Shown piece after piece: positions 57,606-64,000 of a stretch of 64,000 nt of DNA (positions are counted from its first letter, which is position 1; each line of letters starts with the position of its first letter). The translations under genes were made by a program, and so were the position numbers. Under the pieces are notes generated by a model. The model saw only the letters and a list, made by a program, of their open reading frames with translations. It searched no databases and was not told where the DNA came from. Source of the stretch: an uncultured virus (IMG/VR IMGVR_UViG_3300042274_000333) (Duplodnaviria; Heunggongvirae; Uroviricota; Caudoviricetes); the IMG/VR virus record IMGVR_UViG_3300042274_000333; one strand, 5' to 3'.

Positions 57606-58157
57606 ATGAAATTAGAAGAAATTCTTGAAAGCATAGAACAAAAAGCCAAAGATTTTGCTACCGAAAAACACAAAGGGCAAAAAAGAAAATTTGAAGGAGT
57701 CCCTTATGTGGAGCATCCTAAAAGAGTTGCTGAAATTGTAAGAAAATACAAAGACAGTCACAAAATTGATGAACTTATTTCTTCTGCTTTACTTCATGAT
57801 ACTATTGAAGATACAAATACTACAGAAGAAGATTTAGAGAAATTGTTTGGTGGTTTAGTGGCTTCTTTAGTAAAAGAACTTACCTCTGATGGAGAAGAAA
57901 TAAAGAAGAAAGGCAAAGAGACGTATCTTTCTGATAAAATGATTGGTATGTCTGATTGGGCTTTAGTTATAAAACTAGCAGACAGACTTGACAACGTAAG
58001 TGATTTAGAAGTGGCTGATAAATATTTTAGAGATAGATACATTAGAGAAACAGTATTTATCCTTAATAAACTTGAATCAGGAAGAAAACTTTCAGGCACG
58101 CAACAAAAGCTGGTTGATGTTATTAGGGGTAAGATAAAAGAGTTGACAAAAAACTAA
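57606..58157 (+). CDS. HD-domain small alarmone hydrolase-like (Mesh1/SpoT HD)
   Basis: H.GQ.RK..PY..HP, ALLHDTIEDT, LV.ELT.D, IKLADRLDN. Confidence 0.9.
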   Translation: MKLEEILESIEQKAKDFATEKHKGQKRKFEGVPYVEHPKRVAEIVRKYKDSHKIDELISSALLHDTIEDTNTTEEDLEKLFGGLVASLVKELTSDGEEIKKKGKETYLSDKMIGMSDWALVIKLADRLDNVSDLEVADKYFRDRYIRETVFILNKLESGRKLSGTQQKLVDVIRGKIKELTKN

Positions 58158-58288
58158 AAAAATTGTATAATAAAAGAGTAAGATGGGGAAGCGTTAGGAT
58201 AACACTTATGAGGGGACTGACCGAGTAACGTTCAGGTTTAAGTAGATGACAAGTCCTGCTAACGCTTTCCGATTAAAATAAAAAATAT

Positions 58289-58360
58289 GGTGGTATGGTA
58301 TAATGGCTATTACGGGAGATTGTCGATCTCCAAATCGGGGTTCAATTCCCCGTATCATCG
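58289..58360 (+). tRNA. tRNA-Asp(GTC)
   Basis: GGAGA-TTGTCGA-TCTCC. Confidence 0.9.
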
Positions 58361-58365
58361 GAAAC

Positions 58366-58447
58366 GCCTTCTTAATCCTCTAAAGACGAGGGGCAGACTG
58401 TAAATCTGTTGCAACACGCTGGGTGGGTGCGATACCCACAGAGGGCA
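58366..58447 (+). tRNA. tRNA-Tyr(GTA), atypical D/T loops
   Basis: GCAGA-CTGTAAA-TCTGT; T-loop TGCGATA. Confidence 0.75.
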
Positions 58448-58588
58448 AATGTCTCGGATAGCAAAAGACGTAAAACAAACCCGCTAGTGACACACCGGAA
58501 TGCGAAGACGGTGCGTAAGACCGACTCGTTGCAACGAGGGATTATATGTATCGGTATAATACAGGTTGAATTCCGACCTGTATATTAT

Positions 58589-58660
58589 GGTCAGGTAGCA
58601 AATCGGTTTTGCAACACACTTTTAATGTGTCCCAGGTGGGTTCAACTCCCACCCTGATCA
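58589..58660 (+). tRNA. tRNA-Lys(TTT)
   Basis: ACACA-CTTTTAA-TGTGT. Confidence 0.88.
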
Positions 58661-58663
58661 AAT

Positions 58664-58749
58664 GGAGTAGAGAAGCATAGGGGATATGCGCTTGCCTGCT
58701 AAGCAAGAGGTTATCATAGATGGCAGAGGGTCGGAACCTCCTTACTCCG
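58664..58749 (+). tRNA. tRNA-Ser(GCT), atypical T loop
   Basis: CTTGC-CTGCTAA-GCAAG; long variable arm; G73. Confidence 0.75.
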
Positions 58750-58921
58750 TAAATATCATTTTGATTTGTTAGTTGGTTTATGGGACTATACGAGAGACCG
58801 ACTATATGTGGCTGAAATAGTCTTCAGCGTAGTAAGCAGATCTTACTCATTTCAAAAATGATATAAATTTCAGTGTGTAACTTGATTTGAAAATACTTGC
58901 TTTTCAAATCATATATATATT

Positions 58922-59338
58922 ATGGAAAAAACACAATGCTTAAAATGCGGGGAATGGAAGAGCGTAGAAGATTTTTCAAAAAATAAAAGAAAAAGAGGCT
59001 ATCACAATTGGTGTAAATCTTGTGTTAAAGAATATGACCACGCTAGATATAAAGAAAATAAAGAAAAAATATCTAAACAAAAAAAAGACCGCAGAAAGTC
59101 AATAAAAGAATGGTTTTTTGACTATAAAAGTTTTTTAAAATGTGAGATTTGTGGAGAAAGCCATATAGCAACATTAGACTTTCATCATTTGGATAAAACT
59201 TCAAAAGATTTTAATGTTAGTAATGCAGCTAAGCAAGGGTTTAGCAAAAGAAGAATTCTTGAAGAAACGAATAAATGCATAATTCTGTGTGCAAATTGCC
59301 ATAGAAAATTGCATTATGAAGAAAACAACTCTCAGTAG
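58922..59338 (+). CDS. HNH endonuclease with N-terminal Zn ribbon
   Basis: CLKC..CKSC; CEICG..LDFHH..LCANCHRKLH. Confidence 0.9.
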   Translation: MEKTQCLKCGEWKSVEDFSKNKRKRGYHNWCKSCVKEYDHARYKENKEKISKQKKDRRKSIKEWFFDYKSFLKCEICGESHIATLDFHHLDKTSKDFNVSNAAKQGFSKRRILEETNKCIILCANCHRKLHYEENNSQ

Positions 59339-59402
59339 GTCAGTGGTAGACCGCCTGTTTTGGGAACAGGAGATTTCGCAGGTTCGAATCCTGTCTGGGA
59401 GA
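59329..59402 (+). tRNA. tRNA-Pro(TGG)
   Basis: CTCTCAG/CTGGGAG; CCTGT-TTTGGGA-ACAGG. Confidence 0.92.
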
Positions 59403-59469
59403 TATAAGTTAGCAAACTATTGACGTATCAAGTCGGTAGAAATTCTAGAATTTTTGCTAACTTTTCAAT

Positions 59470-59541
59470 GACTTCGTAGCTCAACGGTAGAGCATCTGGC
59501 TGTTAACCAGAGGGTTGGGGGTTCAAGTCCCTCCGTTGTCG
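59470..59541 (+). tRNA. tRNA-Asn(GTT)
   Basis: TCTGG-CTGTTAA-CCAGA; two U.U pairs in acceptor. Confidence 0.88.
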
Positions 59542-59575
59542 TATTGTAGTTTAAATAAAAAAAGAAGGTATAAAA

Positions 59576-60838
59576 ATGAAAGAAATTGACATCGTAAAAA
59601 AACTACAAGAAAATGGATTTGAAGCCTACTTCGTAGGTGGATGCGTAAGAGATATGATTTTAAGGAAACCTCCAAAAGATATTGACGTAGTGACTTCCGC
59701 TACTCCTGAAGAGGTTTCAAAAATTTTTGAAACCTCTTTTTTTGTGGGAGAAAGTTTCGGCATATCTCTCGTAAGCGGGGTTGAGGTAGCTACTTTTAGA
59801 ACTGAAAGTTCTTATGACGGTAGAAAGCCTAAAAGTGTTCATTTTAGTTCTTCTCTTGAAGAAGACTCTAACAGAAGGGACTTTACTTTTAATGCATTAT
59901 ATTTTGACCCGATTAAAGATAAGATTATAGACCTTCATTATGGAATTGAAGATTTAGAAACTGGAACTGTAAGGTTTATTGGAAAAGCAGAAGATAGAAT
60001 TCTAGAAGACCATTTAAGAATTCTACGTGCTATAAGATTTGCTTCTGTTTACGGATTTACTCTTGATAAAGAGGCTGTTTCTGCCATTAAAGAAAACAAA
60101 CATTTACTTCATAGCATTAGTGCAGAAAGAATAACGGCAGAGATAAAGAAAACAGGAAATAAATTCCATAAATTTGTAGAATTATTGTATGACTTACATG
60201 TTATAGATGAAATTTTTCCGTATGCTTCTGCTTTGAAAAATGTTCCACAGGATGCTGTTTGGCACCCAGAGGGAGATACATGGATTCATACTTTGAAGGT
60301 TATCAAAAACCTACAGACTGATGATTTTGTATTGAACTTGGCTGGACTTTTTCATGACTTTGGAAAGTTAACTACCACTAAAAATGAAGATGGGAAAATA
60401 ACTTCTAAAGGTCATGAAGCTGATTCTGTTATGCTTGCTCTTCCTATATTAAAAATGCTTAAAGTTTCCAACAAGGAAGCAGAAGATATTCTATGGTTAG
60501 TTGAAAATCATATGAAAGTAAAGCATTTTCTTGAAATGAAAAAAAGTAAGAGAATAGCTTTAGCAAAAGACGAAAGAGCAGTAAAACTTGCAGAACTTTC
60601 TGTTGCAGACAGCATGACTGAAAAAGCATTAGAGAAGAACACTGAAATAAAAGATGCCATACTGGAACTTCGTAAGGATGAAAAAACCTTTGTAGCTCCT
60701 TTGGTAACTGGAAATGATTTGATAGCTTTGGGAATGAAGCCTGGAAAAGTATTCAAAATAATACTTGATGATTTATTTGATAAACAGATAAACAAAGGCA
60801 TTACGTCAAAAGAAGAATTGTTAGAATATGTATTATAA
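59576..60838 (+). CDS. cca: CCA tRNA nucleotidyltransferase with HD domain
   Basis: VGGCVRD, DID, EVATFR, EDSNRRDFTFNAL, EDHLRILRAIRF, ERI, HPEG..H, HD. Confidence 0.93.
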   Translation: MKEIDIVKKLQENGFEAYFVGGCVRDMILRKPPKDIDVVTSATPEEVSKIFETSFFVGESFGISLVSGVEVATFRTESSYDGRKPKSVHFSSSLEEDSNRRDFTFNALYFDPIKDKIIDLHYGIEDLETGTVRFIGKAEDRILEDHLRILRAIRFASVYGFTLDKEAVSAIKENKHLLHSISAERITAEIKKTGNKFHKFVELLYDLHVIDEIFPYASALKNVPQDAVWHPEGDTWIHTLKVIKNLQTDDFVLNLAGLFHDFGKLTTTKNEDGKITSKGHEADSVMLALPILKMLKVSNKEAEDILWLVENHMKVKHFLEMKKSKRIALAKDERAVKLAELSVADSMTEKALEKNTEIKDAILELRKDEKTFVAPLVTGNDLIALGMKPGKVFKIILDDLFDKQINKGITSKEELLEYVL

Positions 60839-60883
60839 TTTATTATTCATGTATAGTAATTGATTTTACTATACATGATATAT

Positions 60884-60919
60884 GGGTGCTTGGTGTAATG
60901 GTAACATAAGAGTCTCCAA
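60884..60919 (+). pseudogene. 5' half of split tRNA-Trp(CCA)
   Basis: GGGTGCT acceptor, D arm, AGAGT-CT-CCA-A then interrupted. Confidence 0.8.
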
Positions 60920-60945
60920 CTGTAAAGATATATTTGGAGACTAAC

Positions 60946-61368
60946 ATGGAAACAAAAATTTGTGGAACTTGTAAAAAAGAATTGCCATTAACTTATTTTA
61001 GGAAAAATATAAGAAGAAAAGATGGATACCAAACAGATTGTATTAAGTGCAGAAAAGAATACAATAAAAATCATTATATAAAAAATAAAGAACTTTATAA
61101 AAAAAGAGCAAGTAAAAGAACAAAAGAATTAAGGCTTTGGTTCAAAGAATACAAAAAAGAATTAAAATGTGAGATTTGCGGAGATTGCAGATTTTATGTT
61201 TTAGAATTTCATCATAAAGATCCTACAGATAAAAAAGAGTCAGTTTCACAATTGATAAGACTTTCTTCTAAAAAATATTTATTAGAGGAAATAGATAAAT
61301 GTTCTGTTTTGTGTTCTAATTGTCATAAAGAACTGCACTATCTTGAAAATAATGGTGGCGTATGTTAA
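60946..61368 (+). CDS. HNH endonuclease with N-terminal Zn ribbon (paralogue of 58922)
   Basis: GGAG RBS; CGTC..CIKC; CEICG..LEFHH..LCSNCHKELH. Confidence 0.9.
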   Translation: METKICGTCKKELPLTYFRKNIRRKDGYQTDCIKCRKEYNKNHYIKNKELYKKRASKRTKELRLWFKEYKKELKCEICGDCRFYVLEFHHKDPTDKKESVSQLIRLSSKKYLLEEIDKCSVLCSNCHKELHYLENNGGVC

Positions 61369-61426
61369 ATGGTAAACTCTTTCGCTCCAAACGAAAGTTA
61401 TGTGAGTTCAAATCTTACCGCCATCG
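61354..61426 (+). tRNA. tRNA-Trp(CCA)
   Basis: GGTGGCG/CGCCATC; TTTCG-CTCCAAA-CGAAA; G73. Confidence 0.88.
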
Positions 61427-61435
61427 AATAAAGTT

Positions 61436-61460
61436 AAGGGTTCGATCCCTTTAGCACTCG
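61436..61460 (+). pseudogene. 3' remnant (T arm + acceptor) of split tRNA-Trp
   Basis: AAGGG-TTCGATC-CCTTT-AGCACTC-G; AGCACTC pairs with GGGTGCT at 60884. Confidence 0.8.
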
Positions 61461-61506
61461 TTACGTTTCTCATGCTGAAAAGAATTTACTTCATAAGGGG
61501 AGAAAT

Positions 61507-61704
61507 ATGCTATTTCGTCATAATGAAAGAAAGAAAAGGATAGAAGTTTATAAACTTCTACCTTGTGGGGAAGAGCGTTTGGTAAAAGTGAAGGTAGGTG
61601 TTATTCGCTTATTTGATGAAGAGAAAGTATTTCTCCCAAGAGAAGGGTCAAGGCTTACGCCAGAGAATCTTATTGATATTGCAGGGTATATTTTGGAAGA
61701 ATAA
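61507..61704 (+). CDS. Hypothetical protein
   Basis: GGGGAG RBS. Confidence 0.6.
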   Translation: MLFRHNERKKRIEVYKLLPCGEERLVKVKVGVIRLFDEEKVFLPREGSRLTPENLIDIAGYILEE

Positions 61705-61759
61705 ATGTTGACAAGAAATTAAAAAAGGTATATACTTTCTCTATAAAGAGGGAAGTAAA

Positions 61760-62209
61760 ATGGAATGGTTAGATTTATTTGATAATAATGTAGAGAGAAT
61801 CTGCATATCCCACACACGTTTGGGAACCTATTATGTTTCCCATCTTGTGATTTATGGTAGTGAAGTTTCTGCATGGGGAATGTTAAGTGAGAATGAGCAT
61901 ATTTCTTTTGAAGAATATGTAGATGAATACGATTCTTATGAAGGCATACTTACTATGAAAGGAATGGCAGAAGAAGATTTTTTAGAGAGAACTGGAACCC
62001 CTGAAAATTATAGGTGTAGTTTTTGCTGTGCAGGAAAAGAGAAAAAGTATTTTGAATATACCACAGAAGAAGGCACAACACTAACAATGGCTATAAACGG
62101 AGATTGTTCTTGCCTTAATTTAAAAGAAACTTCAAAAGAAGGGATTTTAACAGAGGAATCTTGCCACCCTATAAGGTTTTGTCCTATCTGTGGAGCAAAG
62201 TTAAGTTAA
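61760..62209 (+). CDS. Hypothetical protein with Zn ribbon
   Basis: CSFC..IRFCPICG. Confidence 0.7.
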   Translation: MEWLDLFDNNVERICISHTRLGTYYVSHLVIYGSEVSAWGMLSENEHISFEEYVDEYDSYEGILTMKGMAEEDFLERTGTPENYRCSFCCAGKEKKYFEYTTEEGTTLTMAINGDCSCLNLKETSKEGILTEESCHPIRFCPICGAKLS

Positions 62210-62210
62210 T

Positions 62211-62284
62211 GCCTGTTTGGGCTAATGGATTAAGCCAGTAGTCTTCGAAACTATTAAGTGGGGGTTCGAATCCCTCAACAGGCG
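62211..62284 (+). tRNA. tRNA-Arg(TCG)
   Basis: GTAGT-CTTCGAA-ACTAT. Confidence 0.9.
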
Positions 62285-62290
62285 AAGTAT

Positions 62291-62362
62291 GCCCGAATGG
62301 TGTAATGGATAACATGTGAGTTTCCTAAACTTTTGATAAAGGTTCAATTCCTTTTTCGGGTA
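62291..62362 (+). tRNA. tRNA-Arg(CCT)
   Basis: GAGT-TTCCTAA-ACTT. Confidence 0.85.
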
Positions 62363-62373
62363 AAGAGGTATTT

Positions 62374-62643
62374 ATGTTTATTTTTGGCATTCGTTTTGAA
62401 GATGTAGAAAGAAGATACGGTATAAAAAGAGAAAATTTTCAAGTTGAAAATATGGGAGAAATGAAAGATCTCGGTATTTTCATAAACGATGATGTTCTTG
62501 GATGGTATTCAGATTCTCGGTATTGGTTTAGGGGTAGTAATATCACAGTAGTAAAAAGGTTTATAGCTGATTTCATAAATGAAAATTTTATAATGAAAGC
62601 TGAATGTATAAAAGACAATGATATAAAGTTGATAATGATATGA
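62374..62643 (+). CDS. Hypothetical protein
   Basis: GAGG RBS. Confidence 0.6.
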   Translation: MFIFGIRFEDVERRYGIKRENFQVENMGEMKDLGIFINDDVLGWYSDSRYWFRGSNITVVKRFIADFINENFIMKAECIKDNDIKLIMI

Positions 62644-63008
62644 GTACTTTTTCTTTTAAACATATAAAAACCCCAGGGTGGGCAAAAAGCAGTAACGATA
62701 TTTATTTTCTCGTTTTAGACGAAAATAATAATAAATTTGGCTATATCGGATTACAAAGTATGGATTTTTCAAGGGGAATATGTGGAAACCTTTGCTATAA
62801 AACTCATGTAAAATACAGAGGGCAAAAAAAGTCAAAGTATTATGTCAAACAATTTATAGAAGAATGTATGTTTGATATAGATATTTGGAGAGCATATACC
62901 AGTGAAGAAAACATAGCAAGTATAAAAATATTAGAATATTGTGGATTTATTGTTGAAGATATTTCAAATGGTAAGATATATTACAAGTTAAGGAAGTTTG
63001 ATTATTAA
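62640..63008 (+). CDS. GNAT acetyltransferase (RimJ/RimL-like)
   Basis: KYRGQ; ENIASIKILEYCGF. Confidence 0.75.
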   Translation: MSTFSFKHIKTPGWAKSSNDIYFLVLDENNNKFGYIGLQSMDFSRGICGNLCYKTHVKYRGQKKSKYYVKQFIEECMFDIDIWRAYTSEENIASIKILEYCGFIVEDISNGKIYYKLRKFDY

Positions 63009-63384
63009 TATGTATAAAGAAAGATTTATATTTCATAAAGAAGTAAAAGAAATTAGAGAAAATTCTATTGATGATGAACATTTTTTAGACAATCTTCAAG
63101 AATATTTTAATGATTATATAGATGAAGCACTTGAAAAAACCGGAAAAGCAGATGAATATTATAACGAAGGTTTTGAAGATGGAAAAGATGAAATGGAAGA
63201 CCATATAGAAGAAGAGTGTCAAAACTCTTATAATGAAGGTCTTAAAGATGGAGTACGTAATTTTTTAAAAGGGTTTAAAAAGTATACAGATGAAATATCA
63301 TCTTCTGTAGAAAAAGCTAGAAAATATCTTATAGAAACAGGCATATATACAGAAAATGGTGAAATAAGCGAAGAATATAAATAG
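62998..63384 (+). CDS. Acidic hypothetical protein (YNEG..DG repeats)
   Basis: ORF. Confidence 0.65.
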   Translation: MIINMYKERFIFHKEVKEIRENSIDDEHFLDNLQEYFNDYIDEALEKTGKADEYYNEGFEDGKDEMEDHIEEECQNSYNEGLKDGVRNFLKGFKKYTDEISSSVEKARKYLIETGIYTENGEISEEYK

Positions 63385-63389
63385 AACTT

Positions 63390-63462
63390 GTCCGTATAGT
63401 GTAATGGATTAGCACAAGACTCTTCTAAAGTTTTAGTATAGGTTCGAATCCTATTATGGACA
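63390..63462 (+). tRNA. tRNA-Arg(TCT)
   Basis: AGACT-CTTCTAA-AGTTT. Confidence 0.92.
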
Positions 63463-63465
63463 TAT

Positions 63466-63550
63466 GGGTAGTTAGGTAAGTGGTTAAGCCGACGGTCTGC
63501 AAAATCGTTCAATCCTTTTTAGGACGAGGGTTCAAATCCCTCACTACCCT
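63466..63550 (+). tRNA. tRNA-Cys(GCA) with long variable arm
   Basis: GGGTAGT/ACTACCC, U73; ACGGT-CTGCAAA-ATCGT. Confidence 0.85.
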
Positions 63551-63713
63551 TAACTTTGGTTGACAAAAAAGTAAAAATTTTGTATAATAAGAGAGTAAGT
63601 TAGGCGGTATATTGCCTTACATTCTAACGATAGAACTAACAGTACCTAATGGATAAAGCTGGTTTTAGTTAAGTGGAATAAAAAAATATACATTGTTGCA
63701 GTATTGAGTTCAA

Positions 63714-63786
63714 GGGCAGTTAGCAAAGCGGTTGTTGCAAAAGACTCTTAATCTTTCCTAGGTGGGTTCGACACCCACACTGCTCA
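63714..63786 (+). tRNA. tRNA-Lys(CTT)
   Basis: AAAGA-CTCTTAA-TCTTT. Confidence 0.88.
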
Positions 63787-64000
63787 ACAAAAGAAAACCT
63801 TAAAAGTTTTCTCTCGTATAAGAGTTATTTTAAAGTTATTGGTTTCTTTAAAAAAACCTACGCTCGCCTGTACAGAACGTTTAGCATATCAAGTGTAGAG
63901 CACCCCTTATAATATTAGTGGATATGCCTTGTTGAACGTTAGGGTTACTTCTCCTAACTTCTACTCGTAAATATAAGGCAAAGAAGGTGTCTTTTCTTAG

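Noticed and set aside
58409..58657. 82-aa ORF (also the N-terminal extensions at 55698 and 56159)
   Set aside because: They overlap tRNA genes.
53555..63786. Theta (HDV-like) or twister ribozymes at tRNA 3' ends
   Set aside because: I could not build the required pseudoknots by eye; a motif search is needed, so none is claimed.
1..64000. Stop-codon reassignment
   Set aside because: Conserved genes are full length in the standard code, all three stops are used, and no suppressor tRNA is seen.

Overview
The window is a segment of a large, AT-rich tailed phage genome. It has a myovirus-type baseplate, is almost entirely + strand, and uses the standard code; the host cannot be identified from sequence. 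Layout: (1) 1-4.7 kb, sugar-biosynthesis operon (2 radical SAM/SPASM, PLP aminotransferase, KdsA, KdsB, FSA-type aldolase). (2) 4.8-24.8 kb, virion/late genes (fibre, baseplate, lipase, DHH, ferritin-like). (3) 24.9-38.6 kb, small genes including Panacea, macrodomain and NADAR, plus a class II RNR interrupted by both a group I intron and an intein. (4) 38.85-47 kb, about 26 near-identical sigma70-consensus promoters delimiting single-gene or RNA-only cassettes, including two hammerhead ribozymes and a ~740-nt highly structured ORF-less RNA. (5) 50.5-64 kb, RtcB, Pth2, CCA-adding enzyme, HD hydrolase and 22 CCA-less tRNAs (three with A34), with three HNH genes whose stop codons lie inside tRNA sequence; two sit next to clear broken tRNA remnants of the same identity as an adjacent intact tRNA. 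Best candidates for an undescribed system: the HNH + replacement-tRNA modules, the promoter-hammerhead cassettes, and the large ncRNA. All calls were made by eye from motifs and base pairing; no searches were run.
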